NCBI GenBank assembly: GCA_002633005.1
Contig: NMRA01000219.1
Location: 1-55,133, forward strand
Source: Phoronis australis
Lineage: Eukaryota > Animalia > Phoronida
Reading direction: 5' to 3'
Length of the DNA: 55,133 nucleotides
The notes below the pieces were generated by a model. The model saw only the letters and a program-made list of their open reading frames with translations, had not been told where the DNA came from and searched no databases. The translations under genes were made by a program, and so were the position numbers. Shown here piece by piece: positions 11,842 to 24,951 of the stretch (position 1 is the stretch's first letter; every line of letters starts with the position of its first letter).

Positions 11842-14800
11842 CTTTTTCCGACTTCCGAGAAGATGGTCCAGTGAACAATTAAAACAGTCAACTTGTCCTA
11901 CAATGAATTGGGCATCATGTCTTGATTCTGTACGTACTAACCCCAAACTAGCTTCACAGATTCCCGAGCCATATCGATGTCAAGGTTCTATTGATGCACA
12001 ACCGATGTCCATTACGTCTGTGCGACTTGAAAATTGTCCTGAACTTCCTCATCTTCAATCTCGATGTATCTGATCAACGGAATCCTTTCACGTTTATAGT
12101 TGCTATTTAAAAAGAGCAACTGAATGTCACGACATATGAAACGCGGGCCGAATGACACGGTACAAATAACATAATGCATTAATACATTGTCTGTGCCTGT
12201 AAATGAATGCACAGTGTAGATAAAGAAACCTTCAACGACGTAATGATTGTACATGCAATTGTGCCTGGCTTCATTTGCTCTGTTCTTGACTGTTACTCAG
12301 CTTATCACGACAAAGCGCTCGTATTGCTATAGAAACGAGTCATGCCGCGCGAGTCATTACTGTCCGCATGACAATCACTATTTGTCACATATTTTGTATT
12401 TGGTGTTACAATGACCTTGGTTGAAGACACCTGTGTTATGGTCAACTGTGAGAGTCACTGACCCTAAATGAAATTAAAATGTTTCAAAACAAAATCAAGG
12501 TCACACTCGTTCTCTAACAAAAACATTCAGTTTGATTGCAGGGCCTTATTCTAAAAAGAAAATTATCAAACTACGTACATACAAAATTGTTTTCACAGTT
12601 TCCGGTGTATGTTAACATAGGTTACAAACAACTGCAGGCAAGTTAAATTGAGAGGCGATACCAACAATCTAGTTGCGGGCAGTGCCCCTAAATCCAGTGG
12701 CGGCATCGACGGTACATAGAAAATCTATCCCCTGTGCTATCAAATCAAGTGGCCGACCCAATTAATAATGGTGGGAGATCACGATCACTCGGAGAAAGAC
12801 TTGAAAGCCTAAAAACGCGCATGCGTGACTTTGATATTGTTAAAGGTGTCGTGCAAACCTATTGCAAACCTTAGATCCCTTTCCTGGTGCAAACTCACAG
12901 ATATATGTTTCCAGGACACGATGGCACAGTTGTATCACAATATTAGCGTGTATTTGGTTGGCAAATGAATATTTTCGTATCCGTAGCGTCTACAATTTTG
13001 AGTTACTTGAATGTATTCGGTTATTTAGCACTGTTTAGGTAATATGACTGTTTCGTTGGACAAAGTTCCACTTCACACAATGGCGAGTGTCGAATGTTTT
13101 GATTTATTGCGACAGTCACAAAAAGTCGAGTCGTGAAATAGGCAAGTACACAATCTTATTGTTTTAATGGCTTTATTGTGGTAGAAATGGGGCCCGCCTA
13201 TAGGTGTTATTTTCGATTGTATAAATCGTTTCATTTGTTCGTCTTACTTTAAACTCATTGGAAAATTTTGACCCTCCGTCGTAGGGTACAATATATCATT
13301 AAGAGATCGTTTCTAAAACCTGTTTACAGAGCTGAGAATGTAGGTTTTGGAAACAAAAGAGGGCTGGCAAAACTCGTGTCATATAAAATTACGCTTTGTT
13401 GTACAGGCGTCACGAGAGCCATATCGCGTGCTTAAAATGGCCGTCGGTTTTTGTACAGATAAATGGGCACGTCACACAATGGACTGAATTAATTGGTCAG
13501 CTTCCAAAGCAGACTAAAACAAATTAGCTACAATTATAGGTCATTGATAAAACCAAACAATGAAAACAAAGGACGTGCATCACATTTCGCAGCCAACAGG
13601 TTGCGTGGATGACGTAATTTCCGCGAATTCGAAACCGTAACTTGGTATTGAAATTAGCTGGTCATTTAATTCGAAGCTAGTCGGCGGGGCCTATCGACTC
13701 GATCATAAACTGTCGAAGCAACCCCGCAATATTGAAGCTCACCGATTTAAGACGAGTAGGGGTGAGCTGATGTGTTTTGCGGTGTGTCAAGCGTGTGCAG
13801 GCCACGTGGTTGGACACATTGCACAATAACAACTGAAATCCAAGCCGACATCTCCCGGAGGACATTATGAGCTTGTATTTTTAGACGTTCACGATCTGGC
13901 CTTCAGTCAAAATCCCATTTCACTGGTACACACATTTTTTCCATGTCTGTATGCACATCCCTAGGAAAACGTCAGAATTTGGCTAATTTCGGACTTTCAG
14001 ATATCATGCTTTATGCACTCTTCTTCGTAACTCTGTTAGGAATTGTTTTAAAACGTTCCAGTTTGCATGGGCGGTTATTGAAAATAAGACTTTTATGATT
14101 TTCATGAAAAGTTCTCAGTAAAACGAAAACGAAATATTTTTAAAGACTATAACAGACTTGAGATTTGATCTATATCGACTAAAAATGATTGTGTGATTGA
14201 CACTGTTGTTTGAAGTTCACATAATTTTACTAAAAAGACATGTTCACGCGACCCAATTAATGGCAGATTGGTAAAAAGTAAAAAAAAATCTACAAGCTTT
14301 CTACTTACAGAAATACATACAATTATTGAGTTTAATTCTATAGTCTTGGAGATATTTCTCTAAATACGCAGGTCCTACATAATCGTAAGCCTTTCTTAGA
14401 AGAGACAGGCATTCAGTAGTTTGATGACGTCAAATTGGGTAGATTCGGTCGTCATTCAATCATGTTGGGATTCTGCAACAGATTCAGACAAGCCTCTTTG
14501 GCGTAGATTTTTCAAAATGGCCTTGTTTCAATCGACATACAAAATGCTGTAACAAAATATTCGAAATACATTTTAAAAATTTGGCATCCACGTTGATGAA
14601 GTAAAATTTGACAGTTGATTATTTTTATATTTATTGCTTGTTTTAGTTGTCGGTAATAACTTCTTGTCTCAGCAATTAAAGTGCTACTCAAAACTATCCA
14701 CTATTTGCGAATCCACTCAATATAATCTGCGGAAACGATACTAATCAATGAAAAACATGTCACGAATAACTCAAAGTTTAATGGTTAAAATTGTTTAAAA

Positions 14801-15956
14801 TGATTTTTCGAGGTGTTGTTACGAACCCTACTCAAAAATGTTTGTTACAAGTTCAGACGTTCACGAATCAGGCAGTATTGACGGGGATGATTTTGGATGA
14901 GTACACGTGCTGTGTGGCAGAAATAAGCACTAGTCCACGGTTTCGTCCACCATTTCGAATATCGAATTACATGTAGGTAGAGTAAACATACCATTTCACG
15001 TGCGTTTCCCCATGTATGTGAGCGGGAGAATAATTATAGGCTCTTTAAAGCTATATTTTACGAAGGATATCGACCAGATTGTCAACAAGTTGCTAGTATG
15101 CTATTTCCCAAATATTCACTATTATCACAAACTGTGAACCATCTGTGCGCAATTTTGGAAATCATTTAAAAGGACAATAAACCCTGTTTTGACAATTTCC
15201 ACCAGTCCTCGTTCTATTTTCAAAGAAACCTTAAATTTATTGCCAGTAACATAATAACCTTGGCAAGGTCCATGTTGGATTTTTGGAAAGCGCTCTCGGA
15301 AAGCGGATCATTCTTTAGTGACGTCCAACAATTCGAAGCTTTCGCGGAAAGCGCTACGAAGCGCTTTCCTTACTGAACGCAAATTTGGTCCACACAGAGC
15401 GCAAAGTGAAAATTGTCTAGTTTACTCTACCTAGTTCTCCACCACGCGAGTACGTACGCGCTGCGCATGCTCAACTCGAAACCCTGGACTTGTGTAATGC
15501 CGTCGTTGTAAGGGAGGTTACGGATATGAAGATGAAGAACTCGGGCACAATCGATCACGTTCAAATGAATAACATTTTAACTTATCCTCTACGGAACAGC
15601 GCAGGTCTACTGACAACCCAGATCCGCTAACTCCATTGCCCAAGATAGATTTATGGGCAATAATGTAATCTTTAATATTAATTTATACTATTGAAATGAA
15701 ATGCAAAAAGTTCATTGTTGTCCATTTACTACTTAAGCTAACACTAGTGTGTATTATCTTTCACGTATGGCGCTTCACTTTTACAGAAGGGGTGATAACA
15801 AATATCTTTGGTGATGAGGCTAAATCTCGCGAGATCTTATCGGTTCGTATCCACATCAAATAAACCGCAGAAAAAACGGTTCGTTATTGATGTATTTTAA
15901 ATGAGTTTCGTAGCAGTTAGGATTACCTTTTACAAAATGATAATTATAATCATTGT

Positions 15957-16101
15957 CAGGGGCGGATCCAGGATTTTGAGTTAGGGGGGCCAGGGCAGAG
16001 TATTAGCCAGGATTTTGCCCGTCAGACATTCGCACCCCCGTACTGCCAAATGGAGAAAGCAGAATTTTAGGGGGAGCCATGGCCCCCTTGGCCCCCCCAC
16101 T
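15957..16101 (+). repeat. Short interspersed GGCGGATCCAGG-family element
   Basis: Closely similar over ~145 bp to 39827-39980. Confidence 0.75.
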
Positions 16102-16465
16102 GATTGTAGCTGAGAAAAACAGTATTTGCCGACTCGTTTATGTATCAAAATAAAGACTAACTATCTCCCTTGTCATGCATACTTTGGGAATGCCCTATCG
16201 ATGGAATCTCCGAGTAGAATTGGAGTATAATTTAAGTAATTTTAGAACAAAGAACATCATTGAAACGGTTTTGTTTCGCTAAGTGAATATAGAACGTTCA
16301 CCGTGAGATTAAAATGAAATTAAACTAGAGGACGAAGCACACAGTTGACAGATCAGCTGATTGCTCTATTGACGTTCCTACACTGAAGTGCACTTTGATT
16401 GCTTATTGGCCCTATACTTCACCAAAGTTTAACAAATCTTCAAGACCATAAGGGCAGATTTGGCA

Positions 16466-16812
16466 ATTTCAAAGGCGTTGGAAAATTTGAAGATCGATTT
16501 CACTCTTAAAGATGAACAAAAAGATTGCTGAGTTGACGGAAAAGTCCAGCATTAAATGCTATGCACTGGATCACAAGGACAGAACAGCAACAAGATGACA
16601 GCGATGATGATACTGATGACAAAGAAACTAGTGTCGACCTTTTGAGTACTGCTCCACTTAGTGATATAATTATCAAGGGAAATTATCAGGTAGTGTGTGC
16701 TCACCCAGAGGCTCTGACGTCAACAAGTGACGGTGGGAAGCGCTTGCATAACAAGGAGTAAGCTTTCAACGTGGCAATTGTGATAATTGATGGACACGTT
16801 GTGTTAGAATGG
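16466..16812 (+). pseudogene. RecQ-like SF2 helicase fragment (possible Academ transposon relic)
   Basis: ISKALENLKIDFTLKDEQKDC (motif 0), KGNYQVVCAHPEAL (motif Ib-like) and VAIVIIDGHVVLEW (degenerate DEAH..W). Motif I deleted; stops present. Confidence 0.6.
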
Positions 16813-17125
16813 CGAGTTTAATGCAGAAAAATAATTTCAAAATTATCTATTCGCACCACAACAGGTTTTACAGCACCAAATTTTCATAACTTTTCTAATA
16901 CACTATTGACCCGGAATTTCCAAAGCTGTGCGGAAATTTAGAAAAGCTGCCAAATATAATTGAAAACATACATTTGTTCAACGCAGATACACTAAATGAA
17001 AAATAAAAAATGCCTCCCAAAAGACGCGACAACCTGGAATTAACAGGGAACCCAGCAGCCCTTTTAAGTCACTCTAAAGTACTATTTGCCGTGCCCCCCA
17101 ACTCAAAATCCTGGATCCGCCCCTG

Positions 17126-19200
17126 GATGTATTTACAAAAGTTGCATCATAAATATACATACTGTGGTAGAAAGCCAGCCAGCTGTATGAAGACTTTCGT
17201 CAGCATACAGCTAGGTAGCAGTCACAGGCGCTTGGGTTTATCGCAAATGACGTCACTCAATAATATATATAAGAAAACATAAAGGTTGGACACTCGAAAT
17301 CTGTTTGCTCAGAATTTTCTACTCAAATGTGCATGGAACTCCACGAAACTAGCATCGGACAACTCTTAGAATACCTTCTTTCATTTGATCTCTTCAAATT
17401 GCCTTCGAGTGGTGATTTGGCGACAAAAATGCCAAAAGAATGCCAAAATCACAAATTCAAGGACCTGATTCCGTGATGTCATGGCAGACGGTCTTCGCAC
17501 ATCCGGGTTTTGACCGACGCTCCCGAGCTAAATCCGAAAGTCTAATTTCGCGCGGCTTTCGCCGTCAATCCATCGACTACTTGATCATGAGAAGCAGAGA
17601 GCACTTTATTGCCAAATAAATGTAATTACTCACATATTTGTGTCAAATATAAATTATCCTGATACAGTATTGATATGCGAAGTTTTTTGTGTACTGTGAT
17701 TTCTTATGAAGGTTTTATTTTTGGTCAAAACCATTGAGTTAACTCGTCGGCCACGCGCATTGTAATACTTGCACGGGCTGCGTTTTCTGGCCGAGTGTGT
17801 GTTGTGCTTCAATCAAAAAAGTGCGTGATGTCAAGATGAGAAACAAGATACGCCAGTTTATGCAATAACATTCTAAGTTAAGGGCTAAAATGAGCCGTCA
17901 GTGGAATAAAGTTACAAATAATCATTAAAATACTAACTTTAACATTCTCAATTAGTTGAGTTTTGGATTAGAGTTATTGAATTTGAAATATAGGTTGCTT
18001 GCTCAAACTTGAAGTTTCACTTACGTCAGGCGTACAAGTTGAAGCACAGCAGAAATCCGCCATGTTTAGTATTTCAGGTCCTTGAATTCAGAGTTTTGAG
18101 ATTGTTTTGGAAATTCCATCGCCAATTCACCACTCACGAAGACAGTTAATGGGATCTAGGAAAGATAAGGCTTCGAAGGTTTATGCAACACCAGACTGAG
18201 GGAGGTGCACGCAGATTTTATTTGGATTTTGGACGGTTGAAGTTGGGAGCCTCGGCTTTGCAAAGTTTAAGTGTCCAACCTTTATGTTTTCTTATAAATA
18301 TATATTGTGACGTCATTTGCGATAAACCCAAGCGCCTGTGGTAGCAGTGTGTAGAGCTCCATTAGACACCGAAATTTCACACATCCCGGGAGCTTAGCTC
18401 GTCACCTCGTCGTGAAACTTAGAGCTAACAACCTGCCTTAGTGCAGGGGTGCATGCAGAATCTGGGAATGAATCGACATTCACAGTGCCGGTTACAGCCG
18501 TTTATAGAAGTAAACAAAATCTAATAAACGTCATTTTTCGCAATTCTCCGCCTTTTGTAACAAAGGAAAATATTATCTGCGTCATTTTGAAAACAGTGCA
18601 ATCTCGTGACACGCTCACCTACCCGCCATTTCCCAAAACTTTGCGAAATCTCTCGAGAGTATTTTCTGAAATTTTGTGGTATTAAAATAGCAAAAACTTG
18701 TAACGAAATGAAACCACTTCCGATTGTTATGATTGAAGAACATAGAAATTGGCCCGATAGGTGACGCAATGGCGCCCAAAGAGGGCATCGTAATTTTAGC
18801 AGCAGAATGACTGAAGAACGCCAATTTTCCAACATCCGGGTAAATAATTTAGTTTACTCAAAGAAGAGAAAAAAAATTTAACGAGGCATCATTAATTTTG
18901 GCGGCGACAGGACGGATGAATTATATACTCGACAGAAGCCGGAGGGAGTGGTAAGCCGACGGAGTGACGTCACCCAGGCTTTTGAGCCGACCGACTGACG
19001 TCACCAAGGCCAGTGCGAAACTGGCCACCCTCCCTTCGCGTCCGCGAAAAAACGGCCCGCGAGAAAAAAATAGAACACTTCGAATCCAAATAGGGGGCCG
19101 GTGCAATACCTGGGATCAAGGCGGTGCCGAAACGCGCGAAACGAAGGTCTGTAGTGGAGCGGGGGAGACGGGGTTTGTGCAAAGACGTATTTTATATTGA
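17126..19200 (-). mobile_element. Non-autonomous Helitron-like element, copy A (3'-truncated, carrying the P-like insertion)
   Basis: 17126-17222 and 18349-19200 are collinear with 19510-20820. The minus-strand start TCAATATAAAA resembles a Helitron 5' end. Confidence 0.65.
17223..18340. mobile_element. Non-autonomous TIR transposon, P-element-like (or hAT)
   Basis: Perfect 34-bp TIR cacaggcgcttgggtttatcgcaaatgacgtcac, further subterminal inverted similarity, and a perfect 8-bp TSD GTAGCAGT (17215-17222 and 18341-18348). Confidence 0.9.
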
Positions 19201-19201
19201 A

Positions 19202-20826
19202 CTAGCCGTTTCCCGTGCTCATAGTTCGCACGGGTAGTAGCTGCAAAACGCAGAGAGTAATAGATACATAGACTAAGAGTGAACATTAGTGTTCATCGCA
19301 AGAGACAGGAACACTTCTTGGAAAGGCCGTGTTCAAAGCTTCAAGCAGAATTTCAGTCACTGTCAGATTTTAGTAGGCAAGGTGTGCGGCTGCGGGATTC
19401 TTTCCCCAGGGAGTACACATTTCTTTCCAGAATATTTGACCCTGCCGTAACACAAAGTACAGTAATCAGATATTCTTTAACGTGAAAACTAAGAATGCAT
19501 TTAAATACTGTATATTACAAAAGTTGCATCATAAATGTACATACCGAGGTAGAAAGCCAGCTAGCTGTATGAAGACTATCGTCAACATACAGCTAGGTTG
19601 CTAGTGTGTGTAGAGCTCCGGTTGGACACCGAAATCATCACCAAACCCCGATGCTCAGCTTGTCACCTCGTCGTGAAACTTAGAGCTAACAGTCCTAGCT
19701 GTATGAAGACTATCGTCAACATACAGCTATAAGTAGCTAGTGTGTGTAGAGCTCCGGTTGGACACCGAAATCATCACCCAACCCCGATGCTTAGCTCAGT
19801 TGTCACCTCGTCGTGAAACTTAGAGCTAACAACGGGGGTGCATGCTGAATCTGGGAATGAACCGACATTCACCTTGCCCGTTACAGCCGTTTATAGAAGC
19901 AAAAAGACAATCTAATAAACGTTATTTTTTCGTAATTCTCTGTCTTTTGTAACAAAGGAAATCTGTGGTCGTTTTGAAAACAGTGCGTAGGCCTACTTGT
20001 GGCACCCGCACGTATGCGCCATTTCCGAAAATTTTGCGATATCTCTCGAGAGTTTTTTTCTGAAATTGGGTTTTCTGATCATAAAATAGTAAAAACTTGA
20101 AATGAAATGAAACCACTTGCGATTGTTATGACATGTACGCAACCTCACATTTGATTGAATAACATGGAAATTGGCCAACTGGTGACGCAATGGCGCCCAA
20201 AGAGCGCTTTGAAAACAGTGCATAGGCCTACTTGTGGCACCCGGACGTATGCGTCATTTCCGAAAATTTTGCGATATCTCTCGAGAGTTTTTTTCTGAAA
20301 TTGGGTTTTCTGATCATAAAATAGTAAAAACTTGTAATGAAATGAAACCACTTGCGATTGTTATGACATGTACGCAACCTCACATTTGATTGAATAACAT
20401 GGAAATTGACCAACAGGTGACGCAATGGCGCCCAAAGATCGCATCGCAATTTTAGCAGCTAAGGAGAATAACTTAACGCCAATTTTCCAACACCAGGGTA
20501 AATAATTTAGTTTACGCAATGAAGAGTAAGGATTTTTTAATGAGGCATCATTAATTTTGGCAGCGACAGGCCAGATCAATTGTATACGTAACAGAAGCTG
20601 GAGGGAGTGAAATTAAGCCGACGGAGTGACGTCACCAAGGCCAGTACGAAACTGGCCACCCTCCCTCCGCCTCCGCGAAAAAACGGCCCTCGACAAAAAA
20701 CACCTCGAATCCAAATAGGGGGCCGGTGCAATACCTGGGACCAAGGTGGTGCCGAAACGCACGCAACGAATGTCTGTAGTGGAGCGGGGGAGACGGAGTT
20801 TGTGCAAACGATGCATTTTATATAAT
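19202..20826 (-). mobile_element. Non-autonomous Helitron-like element, copy B, with internal tandem duplications
   Basis: Minus-strand 3' end: hairpin cccgtgc-gaactatga-gcacggg then aaacggCTAG|t. Internal direct repeats of ~135 bp (19560-19830) and ~235 bp (19970-20437). Confidence 0.75.
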
Positions 20827-21162
20827 AAATATTATTATACGTTATACAACGTACGTGTTTGTACCAGTCGTTATTATATCGAGATTCATGATATGCAAAA
20901 GCCCTCGTTCAAATACTTTGTTGAAACCAATGCTTTTAGAAAGATGCGGTCCACATTATGAAAAGAAAGGAATTAAACCATTCCCAGTACCGTCGTTCAA
21001 GATTGCCACACATTTCTGCCTGCCGTGTACACTAAAATAAAGATGATGATGTTCATAAAATCACAGTAGGTGACCGTGGCCGTGTAACGCCGTTTTTTCT
21101 GAATCTGCTTTTAAGCGTAAACACTGACTGCGGTTGAAATCTTGGAAACCTTAGTGGATCTA

Positions 21163-21350
21163 TTTTACGTTTCATGATTCATAGAGAATCCTACACTCGT
21201 CTCAGGTTGATGACATGGACAAAACTTCTTGGAAATTTCGTCAAACTCCCTAGGCTTGCCGAGGGATTTTGACGAAATTTCCATGAGGTTTTGCTCATGT
21301 CATAAATCTGAGACGAGTGTAGGATTTGTTTTCTCACATGAAGAGTAAAA
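21163..21350. repeat. Long imperfect palindrome (foldback MITE-like)
   Basis: aatcctacactcgtctcag...ggaaatttcgtcaaa..ccctaggc / gccgagggattttgacgaaatttcc...ctgagacgagtgtaggatt, with almost no spacer. Confidence 0.8.
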
Positions 21351-22133
21351 ACGATCTTTTTTGCCGAAAAACTCGACATGTATAAGACTTTCAACCATAT
21401 GACGCAACTTTTGTAAAAACACGCTTGCGCAATATAAATTAATTCAGTCACTTTTTGTTAATAGTTTTTATTATTTTAAGCTTAACAGTTGTAAATTACA
21501 TTCAGTTTTCGTAGCAAATATTCAAGTTAGAATCTAATGAAAGTCTTTGAAGTTGTAATATCAAAAATTAAAAAATGTTTTTAGTAACAGTCAGCAAGGC
21601 TTCCCGCGCGTGAGCACTGAATTGACCTTGAGACAGCACAGACTCGAAGCGTTTCTTGAGTTGGGGCTCGTCTCCGTTTGAATGAACGTGGATACGAAAT
21701 TCGCCGCCAAAATGGATCCGTTTAAGAAGTTGTTTGCATGTCCTTCAGATTAGAAGTAGGTACAGTTGCTACATCCGATTTGTCAATCATAACCTTGTCA
21801 TCGCTTCTGGGAATTCTGGTATTGTTTGGTTGGCGCGCGTTTGATTGTTTTATTGTTTTCCAGACGATAAAATGTAAGGTGTATGGATTTCTACTTTGCA
21901 CTACTTTGTGATTTGCCCATGTAATATCAAAAAATTACCTACTCGGGCTATCAACCCGTGTCGTAACACATTCAAGTTCCAGCTCATCTGAGAAATTAAT
22001 GCTAGTAGTTGGTCCCTTCCTTACGACATTACAACATGTATCTGCCACTGTTCTGAAGTGACAAATAAGCTCAGTGCCAACTGCATACTCCATACTTTAC
22101 CTCGCCGGGTCAACCGGCTAAGTCACCTGGCTC

Positions 22134-22275
22134 GAGTTCAGTAACGCTAGAACCTACGTTTAGGATTCCCTAAAATCTAGCCAAATTCACGTGTTCTCAT
22201 CTAAAATACACGGCAAAATCTCACGTTATCTCGCGAAGTCTTGCTTTTTAGCGGGGTCCCAGCGTTATTGAACTC
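22134..22275. mobile_element. ~140-bp MITE (AGTTYAGTAACGCT TIR family)
   Basis: TIR gagttcagtaacgct / agcgttattgaactc; related copies at ~26238 and ~40660. Confidence 0.7.
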
Positions 22276-22752
22276 TGCCCCGATTGGTGTGTACGCCGGA
22301 AGTCGTCATGGTGATACTGCAACTAAAAGTTTACGAGGGGTCAATCATTTCAGTTTTGAACCTGACAACAAAATGCCAGTGGAAAACGCTCCCAGTTTCC
22401 AGCCGGTCTGAGCAGTCGTAGCAAAAATAATACCTCAGTTCTGATGTTACAGCAAAGGCTATTCGCTACATAAAAAACTAAGTCACAAATACTGTCTTTC
22501 GTTCCTCTCTTCACTACTAGTTTACATTAATTTCATCAGGAAACGGCTGTTCTGGGTACATTCTCTGAGAGACTTAGTACTTTTGGTCAAGTGAGATTTA
22601 TTTTTCAGAAATACCTGTGGAAACCTGGGGAAACATGAAACATCCCGGCCAGGTTTTGTGCTATCATTTTAATCATTTTCCTCGTTTTTCGATTTACACT
22701 GAACAAGTTCCAGAAAAGTAAACTATTTGAATCAGAATTCGTCAAAGTTTTA

Positions 22753-23162
22753 TTAAACTCTTGATTTAGGTTTTAAATTTTCACGCATGTTTTCGGTTAC
22801 TCGTGTCAGTTCATTTTCTATGGTTGCAATTTGTTCCAATCGATTCTGGAGCGACGACTGAAATCCCGTAACCGCCGAGCCCAGTGATAAATGGTCGTGA
22901 GGTGTCGTGTTTGCGTAGTAGACTGTTTCTTTTAAGTCGGAGAACAAGCTGACAAGTTTATCGATTTCCATGGTGTAATCAACTCGAGACCCATGCATCG
23001 GATTTAGCCTGCTGACCGTTGACTGGCGATAGCCAAGATAAGGCGCCTTTTCACGCGTTTTCCAGTACGTCACAGCGACTGCTGTTAATATAACCGAAAC
23101 AACGCAGGCTGCGGGTAACGTCCACACTAGCACGTTGAACAGACAAGGTCCATCATTTGATT
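22753..23162 (-). CDS. Terminal coding exon of a small single-pass membrane protein with coiled-coil-like tail
   Basis: Acceptor ttttatttccag on the minus strand. Encodes SNDGPCLF-NVLVWTLPAACVVSVILTAVAVTYW-KTREK (TM + stop-transfer) and heptad-like LQNRLEQIATIENELTRVTENMRENL, then stop. Confidence 0.7.
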
Positions 23163-24908
23163 CTGGAAATAAAAAATACCAGTATGTTATTACATACCAT
23201 TTTGGCCTCGATATGTACTTCTCGTATCTCCCCTTTGTTGATAATTCCACGAGGGCATAGATGCGATAAATAAATGCTGAGGTTATGTAAATATCTACTT
23301 ATCCCGCATAATTCAGGAATCAAGTTTACAAAACTCAGAAAACAAAAATGGGAATGTTCAACTTTTGTTGCGTTTTACATTGGTAATCTCTATGTATTAG
23401 AGAAACGAATCAACACGTTAGCTTCTATAGAATCGTATTTTATAGAAGGCACACTACAATTTTTCCAGGGTTTAGGCTGCCCCCACACACCCAAGTGGAG
23501 ACGAGTCCTTATCTCAAGTCCTTATCGAGTGTCTGAAAAAACAAAAGTTTCTTGGCGATTCCAACTCAAAAGCAGTACTCATGATAACTGAAACTTAATT
23601 ACGCTACAGATTTTAATCGGCTAATTCACATTGGTAAAAATACCGGCACACAAAAGTAAGACCAAAACACCAAATTTGACAGTTTTCACCCAAATTTACC
23701 ACTTCCCTGCAAGTGCTAGAAAAAGCTGACTACGGATTCGGAATGGTCGTGCTCTGTAGATTCTAAAATTGTGGCCATAGTACACCCTTACCAGCTTTTG
23801 GCAATTTGATCTGTCTGATAGCCACCTGAAATCGCACCCGGTTTCTCAGGCGACAGGGGTTGAAAGCAAACGACAGCCACCATTTTGCATTGATAGTAGG
23901 TCACGGCTAAAAAACTTGGTTTTACTTATTCAAAAACACAAATAAATCAGATTCCTGGCAATTGTTTTGAACAAATTCTTCGAACCACCCGCGAAACCTG
24001 ACACACTCCATGTATTTAAATTCTAGGAACTAGAAAATGCCCTGTGGCTACAGCCTAACTGTTCAGTAATAATACAGCACAACATCCGTGATGTTGCCCA
24101 CAAGCCGCGACCACCAAGACTTCCCTATTCACCATCTGCCCACTAAACGGAAGCTGAGTTATGAAAAAGAAGAGAGGGACGCATCCTTTAGAAAATCTAC
24201 GAGAAAATATCAAAATGGCGAATCGGTTGTCTATGGTCTATGGTAGAACATCGCTGCATGTAGATCAGGTTTTCCCACTTAATCGTTACCTTCCCATGCG
24301 CGCATCCAGGGGGGCTCGGGGGTCTCAAACGAGCCCCCCCCTTTAGTGAAGTGGGTAAAATGTCCGCCTCAGAGAAACGAAAAGTCCCCGGCGAGAAAAC
24401 GAGACAAAAGCATTAAAGGCTGGGTGCGCACATGCTTCCACGAGCGAGAAATAACTGTTGATAACTTAACCACATGTAAACCGAAATCGGGTTAGCTCAA
24501 GACTGTATTTACCCCATTTCATTAAATTCCTTATGCCCAAAATTAAATATCCGTCAAAGTTCAAAACGACAGTTACCTTTTTTACGGAGGTGACTTGAAG
24601 ATCGAATTTTTTGGCCCACGTGATTAAAATTTACGATCACCTTCACCATAAACTCGATTTTAAAATTAATGTCTGGTTGAAACCCAATAGCTTGCGAATA
24701 CGTTTGACACAATGAAATTCATTTTTTATGACTGAATGATTTTAACTAAATTGAAGCCAAAAGAACGTCTTTTGTGATGAGGCGTGTTGTCTTAACAGTA
24801 AGAAAACACAACATCTCGGACGCATGCTAACGGGCAGTATCACTCTTGTCCATTATTATTCGACATCGGTGTTCTTGTCAGAAGGTGAAGTTTAATAGCG
24901 CGTCTTAC

Positions 24909-24951
24909 GTGGTATGTGTTCGGAAGCAGCTAGCGTTTGACTGGTGTTCAT
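24909..24951 (-). CDS. Probable first coding exon of the same protein (MNTSQTLAASEHIP)
   Basis: ATG at 24951 inside an exon bounded by tttcag (25009) and C|GTAAGA (24908). A phase-1 splice to 23162 gives an intact 150-aa ORF. Confidence 0.5.

Noticed and set aside
11842-11946. N-terminal extension of the GPCR in the ORF track
   Set aside because: It starts at TTG. In an animal gene the first ATG (11841) is more plausible, though an upstream exon is not excluded.
10639-12073. Plus-strand ORFs of 67-192 aa overlapping the GPCR
   Set aside because: Antisense shadows of the coding strand with no recognisable motifs.
15957-17125. Composite transposon carrying the RecQ fragment between inverted 30-bp repeats
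   Set aside because: No TSD, and the left repeat is a self-contained element also found alone at 39827. Two independent insertions are more likely.
19560-20437. CRISPR-like array or repeated small ORFs
   Set aside because: Long contiguous tandem duplications without spacers, in a eukaryotic TE; no cas genes.
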